Assembly: GCA_028534125.1 (NCBI GenBank) | Contig: CM052816.1 | Coordinates: 20,772,001 to 20,836,000, forward strand | Reading direction: 5' to 3' | DNA from: Lama glama | Lineage: Eukaryota | Length of the DNA stretch: 64,000 bases | In this document: positions 12,012-24,980 of the stretch, one piece after another | Layout of the letters: the number at the start of each line of letters is the position of its first letter | Position numbering within the stretch: the first letter of the stretch is position 1 | The notes under the pieces: model-generated | What the model saw: only the letters and a program-made list of their open reading frames with translations | Database searches by the model: none | What the model was told of the DNA's origin: nothing | Position numbers and translations under genes: made by a program

Positions 12012-15000
12012 TTTTTTTTAAACTTTTTTTATTTGGTTATAGTCATTCTACAATGTTGTGTCAAATTTCAGTGTAGAGCACAATTTTTCAGCTATACATG
12101 AACATACATACATTCATTGTCACATTCTCTTTCACTGTGAGCCACCACAAGATCCTGTATATATTTCCTTGTGCTACACAGTACAATTTTGTTTATCTAT
12201 TCTACATTTTGAAATCCCAGTCTGTCCCTTCCCCCCAACCGCCTGGCAACCACAAGTTTGTATTTGATGTCTGTGAATCTGTTTCTGTTTTGTATTTTTT
12301 TTTTAAGATTCTGCACATGAGCAATCTCAAATGATACTTTTCTCTCTTTCTGGCTTGTTTCACTTAGAATGAAATTCTCCAGTAACATACATGTTGCTGC
12401 AAATGGCGTTATGTTGTCAGGTTTTATGGCTGAATAGTATTCCATTGTATAAATATACCACATCTTCTTAATCCAGTCATCTGATGATGGACATTCAGGC
12501 TGTTCCCATGTCTTGACTATTGTAAATAGGGCTGCTATGAACAGTAGGGTGCAGGTGTCATTTTGAAGTAGGGTTCCTTCTGGATATATGCCCAGGAGTG
12601 GGATTCCTGGGTCATATGGTAAGTCTGTTCCTAGACTTTTGAAGAATCTCCATACTGTTTTCCACAGTGGCTGCACCAAACTGCATTCCCACCAGCAGTG
12701 TAGGAGGATTCCTTTTCTCCACAGCNNNNNNNNNNNNNNNNNNNNNNNNNNNNNNNNNNNNNNNNNNNNNNNNNNNNNNNNNNNNNNNNNNNNNNNNNNN
12801 NNNNNNNNNNNNNNNNNNNNNNNNNNNNNNNNNNNNNNNNNNNNNNNNNNNNNNNNNNNNNNNNNNNNNNNNNNNNNNNNNNNNNNNNNNNNNNNNNNNN
12901 NNNNNNNNNNNNNNNNNNNNNNNNNNNNNNNNNNNNNNNNNNNNNNNNNNNNNNNNNNNNNNNNNNNNNNNNNNNNNNNNNNNNNNNNNNNNNNNNNNNN
13001 NNNNNNNNNNNNNNNNNNNNNNNNNNNNNNNNNNNNNNNNNNNNNNNNNNNNNNNNNNNNNNNNNNNNNNNNNNNNNNNNNNNNNNNNNNNNNNNNNNNN
13101 NNNNNNNNNNNNNNNNNNNNNNNNNNNNNNNNNNNNNNNNNNNNNNNNNNNNNNNNNNNNNNNNNNNNNNNNNNNNNNNNNNNNNNNNNNNNNNNNNNNN
13201 NNNNNNNNNNNNNNNNNNNNNNNNNAGAATGTTTTGCCTATGTTTTCTTATAGGAGGTTTATTGTATCTTGTCTTATGGTTAAGTATTTGATCCATTTTG
13301 AGTTTATTTTTGTGTATGGTGTAAGGGAGTGTTCTAGGTTCATTGATTTACATGCTGCTGTCCAGTTTTCCCAACACCATTTGCTGAAGAGACTGTTTTT
13401 ATTCCATTGTATATTCTTGCCTCCTTTGTCGAAGATCAGTTGACCAAAAGTTTGTGGGATCATTTGTGGGCTCTCTATTCTGTTCCATTGGTCCATATGT
13501 CTGTTTTTGTACCAATACTATGGTGTCTTAATTACTGTAGCTCTGTAGTATTGTCTGAAGTCTGGGAGAGTTATTCCTCCAGCCTCTTTCTTTCTCTTCA
13601 GTAATGCTTTGGCAATTCTACATCTTTTGTGGTTCCATATAAATTTTATTATGATTTGTTCTAGTTCTGTGAAGTATGTCCTGGGTAATTTGATAGAGAT
13701 TGCATTAAATCTGTAGACTGCCTTGGGCAGTATGACCATTTTAACAATATTGATTCTTCCAATCCAGGAGCATGGAATATCTTTCCATTTTTTTAAAGTC
13801 TTCTTTAATTTCCTCCATCAGTGTTTTATAGTTTTCTGTGTATAACTCTTTCACCTCCTTGGTTAGATTTACTCCTAGGTATTTGATTACTTTGGGTGCT
13901 ATTGTAAAGGGGATTGTTTCTTTACTTTCTTTTTCTGTTGAGTCATCGTTAGTGTAAAGAAATGCAACTGATTTTTGAATGTTAATCTTGTAACCTGCTA
14001 CCTTGCTGAATTCTTCGATTAGTTCTAGTAGTTTTTGTGTGGACCTTTTAGGGTTTTTTATATATAGTATCATGTCATCTGCATATATAGTGACACTTAC
14101 ACCTCTTCTTTTCCAATTTGGATCCCTTTTATTTCTCTCTATTGCCTGATTGCTGTGGCTAGGACTTCCAAGACTATGTTGAATAACAATGGTGATAGTG
14201 GGCATCCTTGTCTTGTCGCAGATTTTAGTGGGAAGCTTTTGAGTTTTTCACCGTTGAGTACTATGCTGGCTGTAGGTTTGTCATATATAGCTTTTATTAT
14301 GTTGAGATATGTTCCCTCTACACCCACGTTGGTGAGAGTTTTTATCATAAATGGGTGTTGAATTTTATAAAAAGTTTTTTCTGCATCTAATGAGATGATC
14401 ATGTGGTTTTTGTCCTTTGTCTTGTTGATGTGATGTATTACATTGATTGATTTGCATATGTTGAACCATCCTTGTATCCCTGGGGTGAACTCCACTTGAT
14501 CATGATGTATAATCTTTTTTATGTGCTGTTGGATTCTATTTGCTAGTATTTTCTTGAAGATTTTTGCATCTATGTTCATCAGTGATATTGGTCTGTAATT
14601 CTCTTTTGGTGATGTCTTTGTCTGGTTTTGGTATCAGGGTGATGGTGGCTTCATAGAATGAGTTTGGGAGTATTCCCTCTTTTTCAGGCTTCTGGAAGAG
14701 TTTGAGGACTGGTATGAGTTCTTCCTTGTATGTTAGGTAGAATTCCCCGGTGAAGCCATCCGGTCCTGGACTTTTATTTGTAAGGAGGTTTTTTATTGCT
14801 AATTCGATTTCATTTCTAGTGATTGGTTTGTTCAAGTGGTCAGTTTCTTCTTGATTCAGCCTTGGTGCACTGTATGATTCCAGAAACTTGTCCATCTCCT
14901 CTAGGTTATCCATTTTGGTTCTATATAGTTTTTCATAATATTCTCGTATGATATTCTGTATTTCTATGTTATTTGTTGTAATTTCTCCATTTTCCTTTCT

Positions 15001-16051
15001 TATTTTGCTTATTTGTGCTCTCTTTTTCCTTCTTTGTGAATTTGGCCAGAGGTTTGTCGACTTTATTTACTCTTTCAAAAAACCAGATTTTGGTTTGATT
15101 GATTTTTTCTACTGTTTTCTTAATCTCTATTTTATTTATTTCCTCCCTGATCTTTATTATCTCCTTCCTTCTGCTGACTTTTGGGTGTTTTTGCTCTTTT
15201 TCTAGTTCTTTTAGGTGGTGGATTAGATTATTTGAGATTGTTCTTCTTTTTTGAGGAAGGCCTGTATCACTATAAACTTCCCTTTTAGCACTGCCTTTGC
15301 TGTGTATCATGAATTTTGTGCGGTTGTGCTTTCATTATCATTTGTCTCAAGGTATTTTTTAATTTCAGCTTTGATTTCCTCATTGACCCATTGGTTTTTT
15401 AATAACATATTGTTTAATCTCCATGCTTTCCTTTTTTTCTCCTTTGTTTCTCTGTAGTTGATTTCTAGTTTCATGGCACTGTGGTCAGTAAAGATGCTTG
15501 AGATAATTTCTATCTTCCTAAAATTGTTGAGGCTTCTTTTGTGCCCAAGCACATGATCAATCCTAGAAAATATTCCATGTGTACTTGAAAAGAATGTATA
15601 GCCTATTTTGGGGGGGTGTAATGCTCTGAAAATATCCATCAAATCTAATTTTTCTATTGTATCATTTAATTTCTCTGTTGCCTTATTTATTTTCTGTCTG
15701 GAAGATCTGTCTAGTGATGTTAATGCGGTGTTAAAAATCTCCGACAATGATTGTATTCCCATCAATTTCACCCTTTATCTCTGTTAGTTGTTGTTTTATG
15801 TACTTAGGTGCTCCTATGTTGGGCACATATATATTAATGATTGTAATATCGTCATCTTGTTTTACTCCTTTAATCATTATAAAATGTCCTTTATCTTTCT
15901 TTATGGCCCTTGTTTTAAAGTCTATTTTGTCTGAAATCAGTACTGCTACACCTGCTTTTTTGGCTTTTCCATTTGCATGGAATATCCTTTTCCATCCTTT
16001 CACTCTCAATCTATATGTGTCCTTCTCCCTAAAGTGGGTCTCTTGTATTGT
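12012..16051 (-). mobile_element. Nested younger LINE-1 (~4 kb, 5'-truncated in the endonuclease domain), spanning the N gap
   Basis: Poly(T) and a young L1 terminus at 12012. ORF2 pieces: [75 protein letters not shown] is duplicated at 12007-12016 and 16052-16061. Multiple frameshifts. Confidence 0.92.
12726..13225. other. Assembly gap, exactly 500 N
   Basis: Run of N; the round number suggests a placeholder gap size. Confidence 0.99.
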
Positions 16052-17120
16052 AGTAGTTTTTATGTGGAGCTTCTAGGGTTTTCTATATACAGTATCATGT
16101 CATCTGCATATAATGACAATTTTACCTCTTCTCTTCTGATTTGGACCCCTTTTATTTCTTTTTCTTGCCAGACTGCTGTGGCTAGGACTTCTATGTTGAA
16201 TAAAAGTGGTGAGAGTGGGCATCCTTGTCTTGTTGCAGATTTTAGTGGGAAGGCTTTCAGTTTTTCACAGTTGAATATTATGCTGGCTGTGGGCTTGTCA
16301 TAAATAGCTTTTATTATGTTCAGATATGTTCCCTCTGTACCCACTTTGATGAGAGTTTTTATCGTAAATGGGTGTTGGATTTTATCAAGTGCTTTATCTG
16401 CATCTATTGAGATGGTTGTGTGGTTACTGTCCTTTTTGTGGATGTGGTGTATCACACTGATAGATTTGCATATGTTGAACCATCCTTCTGTCCCTGAGAT
16501 AAATCCAACTTGATCATGGTGTTTGATCTTTTTTATGTGTTGTTGGATTCTGTTTGCTAAAATTTTGTTGAGGATTTTGCATCTGTTTTCATCAAGTCAC
16601 ACTGACCTGTAATTTTCTTTTTTGGTAGTGTCTTTGGTTTTGGTATCAGGGTGATGGTGGCTTCATAGAATGAGTTTAGGAGTACTCCCTTCTTTTCAAT
16701 CTTTTGGACAAGTTTGAGACGGACCAGTATGAGTTCTTCTTTGTATGTTTGGTAGAATTCCCCAGTGAAGCCACCTGGTCCTGGACTTATGTTTTCAGGG
16801 AGGTTTTTTATTGCTAATTCTACTTCATTTCTAGTGATCAGTCTGTTCAAGTCATCTGTTTCTTATTGATTGTGTCTTGGTGAACTGTATGTTTCCAGAA
16901 ACTTGTTCATTTCTTCTAGGTTGTCCATTGTGTTTCCATATAGTTGTTCCTAGTATTCTCTTATGGTTTTTTTGTATTTCTGTGGTATTGGTTGTAATTT
17001 CTCCATTTTCCTTTCTTATTTGTTTATTTGTGTTCTCTCTCTTTTCTTCTTGGTGATCTTGGGCAGAGGTTTGTCAACTGTTTACTCTTTCAAAGAATCT
17101 GCTCTTGGTTTGATTGGTTT

Positions 17121-17646
17121 TTTCTTTTTTTTGTTTGTTTACTTTTTTATTGAAGTATAGTCAGCTACAATGTGTCAATTTCTGGTGTACAGCACAATTT
17201 CCCAGGCATGCATATACATACATATAGTTGTTTTCACATTTTTCATTAAAGGTTATTACAAGATATTGAACATAGTTCCCTGTGCTATAAAGAAGAAACT
17301 TTTTAAAAATATATTTTTATATATAGTGGCTAACATTTGTAAATCTCAAACTCCCAAATTTATCTCTTCCCATCCCCTTTCCCTAGTAACCATAAGATTA
17401 TTTACGACATCTGTGAGTCTGTTTCTGTTTTATAAGGATGAGTTCATAGTGTTTTTCCTTTATTTATTTATTTCTTTTTAGGTTTCACATATAAGTGATA
17501 CCATATGGTATTTTGTTTCTCTTTCTGGCTTACTTTATGTAGTATGAAGATCTCCTGGTCCATCCATGTTGCTGCAAATGGCATTATTTTATTCTTTTTT
17601 ATGGCCGAGTAGTATTTCATTGTATGTATATGTATGTATGTGTGCA
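17121..17646 (-). mobile_element. Short L1 3'-end fragment
   Basis: T-rich tail then TTTTTTATTGAAGTATAGTCAGCTACAATGTGTCAA; same terminus type as 31451-32107; ends in a (TATG)n-like run. Confidence 0.85.
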
Positions 17647-19520
17647 TGGATAAAGTATTCTTGGTTGTAAGTTTGTCTCTTTCATCACTTTAAATATATC
17701 ATCACTTTAAATGCCCTCTTCTGGCCTATAGAGTTTCTGCTAAAAAATCAGCTGATGACCTTATGGGAGTTCCTTTGTATGTTATTTGTTGCTTTGCTCT
17801 TGCTGTTTTAATATTTTCTCCTTATCTTTAATTTTTGTCAGTTTGATTACTATGTGCCTCAGTGTTTTCCTCTTTCAGTTGATCTTGTGTGGAACTCTCT
17901 GAACTTTCTAGACTTGGGTAACTGTTTCCTTTCCCAAGTTAGGGAAGTTTTCAGTGATTATCTCCCCCCAAATTTTCTCAGATCCTTTCCCTGTCTTCTC
18001 TTCCTGGGACCCCTATAATGCAAATACTAGTACACTTCATGTTGTCCCAGAGTTCTCTTACACTATCCTCATTTCATTTTACTCTTTCTTCTTTTATCTG
18101 TTCTGCAGTAGTGATTTCCACTAATCTGTCTTCTAACTTATTGATCTGTTCTTCTGCCTCATTTACTCTATTCTTGGTTCCTTCTAGTGTGTTACTCATT
18201 TCAATGATTTTATTCTTAAGCTCTGTTTGGGTATTCTTTATATTTTACAACTCTTTACTAAAAAAAACCTTCACTCTGTGCATCTGTTCTCCTCTTGAGT
18301 TCTCTGAACTTCTTTGCCATCATTACTCTTAAGCTCTTTCTCAGATAGATTGCCTACCTCCTCCAGTTATTTCTTCTTCTGGGATTTTATCTTGTGCCAT
18401 GGCCTGGGAGATATTCCTCTGCTACCTCATATTGTATAATTTCTATTTGTATTTTTAGGTAGGATAGTTACATGTCTCGACCTTGGAGAAGTGGCCCTCT
18501 GTGGGAGATGTCCTATGTGTCCCAGCAGTACACTTATCTCTTGTCACCCAAGGGCCAGGGTCCAGCTGGTCCCAGTGTAGAGTCTGGCCTACATTTGTGG
18601 ATTCCTTCCGCAGGCTTTGGGATTGTTTTTCCTTACTTCTGGTATCTGTCCCTGGTGTATAAGGCTGGACTACAGGCTTATGCAGGTTTCCTGGCAGGAG
18701 AAAACAGTGCCTGTGCACCACTAGGTGGAGCTGGATCCTGGTCCTCTGATGGGTAAGGCCTTGTCTAGGGGCACATCTAGACGTATTTGTGGCGCAGGAA
18801 GTCTGCTGGTGGCGGGACTGCATTCCCACCCAGTATGTTGTTTGGCCTGAGGCTTCCCAGCACTTTGGCTTATAGGCTGTTGGGTGGGGCTAGGTCTTGG
18901 CGCTAATGATCCAAGCAAGATATCAGCCTCAAGGAACACTGATTGAATGTCTGATGTCCACCACCAGCTTTTATGTACCCAGGGGGAGCCACAGCTGCCC
19001 CCTAACTCCCCAGGAGACCTTCCCAAAGCAGCAAAGCAGGTCTGGCCCAGGTTCCTATGAAATCACTGCCTCTGCCCTTGGACCCAGTGTGTACGAGATT
19101 CTGTGTATGCTTCCCAAGAGAGTGAAGTCTCTATTTCCCCCAGTCCTGTGGGGCTCCTAGAGTTCAGCCTTGCTGACCTTCAAAATCAGATGATCTGAGG
19201 TCTCCTCCTCCCAATGCCAGAACCCTAGGCTGGGGAGCCTGACGTGGGGCTCAGAACTCTCCCTCCCGTGGGAGAGCCTCTGCAACTTAATTGTTCTTTA
19301 GGTTACAGGTTGCCCACCTGAGGGATATGGGGCCTGAACATATTGTGAGCATGCCCCTGCTACCGTCCTGCTGTGGTTCCCTCTTTATGTTTCCAGTTGA
19401 AGATGTTTTTTGCTAAGTTCTAGTCTTTTTCTCTGGTTGTTTAGCAGTCAGTCACAATTTTGTAGTCCTGTGGAGAGGTGAGCTTGTGGTCCTACTGCTC
19501 AGCTGTCTTGACCAGAAATC
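17647..19520 (-). mobile_element. LINE-1 ORF1 and 5' UTR remnant
   Basis: 17647-18150 is visibly homologous to the ORF1 region at ~1537-2060 (e.g. AAATCAGCTGA..CCTTATGGG.GTTCC.TTGTA). GC-rich 5' UTR-like sequence follows to about 19520. Confidence 0.82.
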
Positions 19521-20707
19521 CCTCCTAACGGGTTTGACAGGAGCTGCAGAGTCTGATTCTCTCAATGAGGTGATGGAATTTTCCTTTTGTCTTCAGCCCA
19601 CCCAAGCACAGATCCATAGAAATCTTACTCAGATTCTAGGATCAACATTAGCACTTCCTTCTACATACACATCAGTTTGTTCTAGTTCTGGTCCCAAGAG
19701 TTACCGTCTCTCTCCTAATGTACTGGGTTGCTTTTTTTTTTTTTATTGGACAATAACAGCATCCAGATAACTCTGGGAAAATGTAGTTGCCTGCTTCAGG
19801 AAGAATCTATCTCCCACCTTTCCAAAAGGTGTATGATGTTTCTGTTTAGTTTAATGTGCGGGTGCCTTTACGTAAGCTGTCGCTAACCCTTTTTTGGACG
19901 TATGTAGAGTAAAATGCATGAACAAGTAAGAGTCCTCAATTCCACTGAAAATGATACTGTTTTTAATTTCCTGGGCCCAGATCTGGAGGTAGGAGGGAAG
20001 ATTCTTCAGACATTCCTCACTCCCTCCACGACCCTGCCCACAGACAGCCCACGTAAGAAAGGCCAGAGCTCCGCGGAGGGTGCTGATGCGTGGCCCACTG
20101 TGCTCATCTGATGAGTGGGCCGGGTCACATCCCAGCCCCGAACCTGACTGCCAGGGCCCACAGCTGAGTCAAGAGCCAAGGAGGCCCACCCGCCTTCACC
20201 CATGTTCCAGGGGGTGAGAGGTGGAGAAATCAACATGACCCCCGGAAGATCAGCGGGCTTCCCCAGAGCAGTGATGGAATTAGTAGCCCTGCCAGTCAGT
20301 ACCCATAAGTGCCTCATGAAGCACTTCCTGCAAGAAATTAAGCCCCTGTCCCGTGGCTTTCTGATAACAGAAATAATATATCTGAATTTTACTCATTTAG
20401 AAATGAATTTCAGCGGTTATTGCTCTTTACGTGTAGCAGCTGAACAGCCTTCAATATTTGGATGTCTTTCTGATCATATTTAGAATGATGATGAAAGCCA
20501 AGAATTACAGGGCAGAAAGCCTGATGTGTTTATTGCCTGCCATCCATTTTGTAGCCCTTCCTTTCAGGGCGTGAGTTGCTGCAGGATGACTGCAAGCTGG
20601 TTACAAAGAGAACTCCAGAGTTGCCTCTCAGTTCAGCCCTCTGGGCAGGGTCTCAGGGTTGGACCATGGGCTGGAGGCAGGTAAAGGCCTTTCCTTACCA
20701 GCACTGA

Positions 20708-21166
<459 letters not shown>

Positions 21167-21203
21167 TGAAGGGCTGTATTGTTAACCTCAACACTCTCAA
21201 TAG

Positions 21204-21563
<360 letters not shown>

Positions 21564-22340
21564 TAGACCTTCCCTGGCAACCTAGATGACTCTGGAAACA
21601 TAGACAGGGAAACTCCATGGACCACAGACAGAATCCAGGACCACAAAGAAGCCTGTATATCCTGTCCCCAGTTCTGCTTCCTACTGGCTGCATCCCTCAT
21701 CCACAAAACCGTTCACGCTATCCACCCACCACCTGCTGCCGTCCCGCCGTGGCCCAGGAACTGGCCTGTGCACTCCCGCACACGTGACTTTACTCCGGGG
21801 ATTACTGGCCACGTGGGGCCCTGAGCAGGCTCTCCTTTGTAGTCACTGGTCCCTAAGTGACACTGCAGGTGTCGTTTCAGTGGCATGGGTTTTGGGCATG
21901 GTCTCTCCCCCTTGATCAAAGACTCGGACCTGAGTCTTTATCATCAAGAGAGATAATCCGAAGTATTTGATAGTCTTCCTAAGGAGAACCCTAGTTGAAA
22001 ATCTGTTTGCTACTGGAAATAATCCCGGAGATCTGGGACAGATGTTGCTCGCTCATTATCATTTACAGAAGAGGAGAATCCCTTTAGCTTCTGTGATCCT
22101 GGGACCTGACTGATTAGGAACCAAAAGGGTCCTGAGCCCTGGAAGCATTTGTCCACTTCCAGAGTCCCTCCCCCCAGTCCTGTTGCTGAGGTGATGAACG
22201 GTGCAGATTCGGTACATGACGGACTAGACACCAGGATGCGCATGAACTGAATCACTGCAATGAAGGTTCTGACATGGCTTTCTTCTTTTTTTCCCTTCCT
22301 TCAATCATGTTCCTGCTTTCCTAATTCTCTGATGCTGCAG

Positions 22341-22367
22341 TTGCAAACATTCTATGGCGAGAGGAAG
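22341..22367 (+). CDS. FSTL4: FSTL4 27-nt microexon: (L)ANILWREE(G)
   Basis: Acceptor gatgctgcag|TT and donor GAAG|gtacca; phase 1-1. Gives [22 protein letters not shown] as recalled for FSTL4/FSTL5. Not represented in this frame in the ORF track. Confidence 0.92.
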
Positions 22368-22858
22368 GTACCATGCTTATTTGTTCTGTGTCGTGCCTGT
22401 GATCATGTGTGTCCATGGTTCTGTGATAGGCCATCTTTCCATGCGCCACCATCAGCTTTTCCCAACATCAAGCAGTGCGCCAGGTGGGGTCCATGGGCCA
22501 AATCAGATGGGACAGGGGAAGTCCATGTCAAACGCAAGTGGCACACATTGAGAGGAAAATTTAAAACCAGCTAGTGTCTTTAATGGACATTAGACCACCA
22601 GGATCTTAAAAAGGGAAGTTTCAATTTAAAGCTAGTTTGCAACCTCCACTGAAACAGACTTCTTGGCAGGGGTTCCTGGTCAGATCAGGGCCTTAAACCT
22701 TCTCACAGGAGGTGACGTTGGTGCTGGGATTTAGCGTATGCTTCCAGGAAATGCTGAAGAAAAGAGCTACCATGATTTCTGTAAGTGTGTATCTACACGT
22801 AGTTTTTAAATGAATGGTATAGGTTTTTCAAATTTGTATCTATCCAACCATCTTTAGG

Positions 22859-22941
22859 TATTAGGTTGGGCCATACAAAATTGCCATTTTTGTATATCAA
22901 AAATGGTCTGATACTGACAATGTCACATGGTTCAAAACATA
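22859..22941. mobile_element. MADE2-like non-autonomous mariner element (~80 bp)
   Basis: TATTAGGTTGGGCCATACAAAATTGCC...GACAATGTCACATGGTTCAAAACATA: decayed terminal inverted repeats, TA ends and a short spacer. Confidence 0.75.
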
Positions 22942-24129
22942 GCGGGCACATGTGGGCACTGGGTTAAAGAGCCTGAGGCTGTGCCTGGGGCACATGTGCA
23001 TTTGTGGATCCCAACCTGGCTCTGAACCCCTCCACCAGCGTCCAGAGGTGCCTTATTCTCCAGCTCAGTGGCGAGGGAGGGGAGTATGAGAAGCGGCAGA
23101 ATGCACCATGCAATTTTGGGGTTAAACACTAAATAGCCTCCTTTAAAAACCAGCATATTTCCTCTTATTTTGTCCTCAGGAACTTCGCATGCTGTTACCA
23201 TCTACCACGTGCATGCATACACATGCTCAGAGCAGTTTCCTGAATGTCAGGCACTAAAGCTCACACTGCAAGTCTGGGAGCAAAACAAAGGCAGAGTCTG
23301 GAAAACGAGTTGCCGCCAATAGGCTTTAGGGATCCTCGGAAGGACAGGTCATAACTACAGCCGCTAATCATGGACAGTGGTCCCTTGATGCCACCTGAAC
23401 CCAGCTCCCGGGCCACAGTGCACACAGAGAGCTTTGGCTCTGCGTCTTTAAAAGGTGTTTTCTCAGGGGAGTTTCCAGCAAAGGGACTCCAGTCCCCAAA
23501 GTTCAGATCTGCAGAGAATGCAGGAGGCCCTGGAGGGTGTGAAAAGCTGAGAGGGGCTCTGGGTAGGAGGGCTTCTGCCACTGGGAACAGCTAGACCCCA
23601 GCCTCTCAGAAGCTGGAAACACCCAGGAGCACTCAGCATAGGTCCCGGTGGGAATCCTAGGGTGCCCGGCGGCCCGTGCCAGTCTCATGTTGGTTCTTCC
23701 AGCTGTTGATTTTCCCTGAACCTCACAAGGCTGTTCCTGGGGTCTGTGGTTTTGCAGGGACTTTGACCCACTCTGGCCCTTAGGTTTGAGAGGGAAGTTG
23801 GCCTGGTGAGAGTGTACAGAAGAGAAGGTCCTACTGGGGCCAAGACACAGGGGTCAGAGTAAGTGCATGCCACCTCCCCAACTCCCATCTCCGGGCCGCT
23901 GTGTGGGAGCCAAGACGTGGCACTGGCCGGCTTTGTCTGGCTCTATGTATGTGATTTTCTTAGAATTCATAGAAATCTTTTCAACATTCTACCTTCAAAA
24001 GAAAGATGGGAGGGAGGAAGGTGAGAACTGTGGACCTTACCCATCCTTGTGCCACGTCTAACTTTTCTGGAGAGGCTGGTGAGGGGACAGGTCCAACCCC
24101 AGCTTGGCACAAAGGCAAGTGGCCTCAAC

Positions 24130-24215
24130 CAAGACCCTCCCTTCCTTGGGCCTCAGTTTCTTCATCTTTAAAATAAGGAGACTGAAGCAGCTAGTCCCCA
24201 AGGTCCCTCTGTGCT
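24130..24215 (+). mobile_element. MIR core fragment
   Basis: CTTGGGCCTCAGTTTCTTCATCTTTAAAATAAGG is the MIR core motif. Confidence 0.6.
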
Positions 24216-24815
24216 AGTCTAAGGAGATTTCTCCCCAGACAGCCATGGCCCTGGGCTAGGGTGTTGGGGGGCAGGGTACAGGCAGATGGCAGGACCTGGC
24301 ATGAGACTGCCACAGAGAAACGGGTAGGGCAGAGGTTGGAGCAGACTATCTTGAAGGAAGGGTTCACTGGCGCAGACTGGCCAGGTATGGACAAAGGAGT
24401 ACCAGCAATAGCTTTCTGACGCCCCCACTCTCCAGGGAGCAGTGCTGTACAGAAATGTGTTTTAAAAATCAAAGCCTTTCTTTTTTGGCATCACGTGATC
24501 CATTCTAATTTGACTAGTTGACAAGGACCAAGGGTGGCTTTGCCTTACAGAACAGGAAAGGTCAAATGTGTATCAGAGCCAAGGCTGTCATTTATTTGAA
24601 AACATGCTGATGGCCAGCGCTGGCTGAGCTAGAATGGGTGTGCGTGTCTGGGGGGACAGCCTGGGGACTGCAGAGCCCTCCATGGACGAACAGTTTCTCC
24701 CTGTGCACCGCCTGCTCATCTCCTGCACCCCATCTCCGCCAGACCTGCACTCGGTGCCTGCAGGTTTCATGTGTGCTGCACGTGGCATGTGACCCCGCCT
24801 GGGGACCAGCGCTAG

Positions 24816-24980
<165 letters not shown>

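Larger units (their letters stand above)
10030..17120 (-). mobile_element. Outer LINE-1 (3' UTR and ORF2): 10030-12011, resuming at 16052-17120 after a nested L1
   Basis: L1 terminus TTTTTTAATTGAAGTATAGTCAG at ~10034. ORF2 C-terminal peptides ([35 protein letters not shown]) lie left of the break. The RT region ([23 protein letters not shown]) resumes colinearly at 16052. Confidence 0.9.

Noticed and set aside
12588..13443. Long ORFs of 221-258 aa
   Set aside because: Artefacts of translating the 500-N gap.
12012..16051. Active L1 ORF2
   Set aside because: Broken into many short frames and lacking ORF1 and the 5' UTR.
23161..23181. Cryptic acceptor CCTCTTATTTTGTCCTCAG|G
   Set aside because: No convincing downstream donor or coding similarity; such motifs are common in introns.
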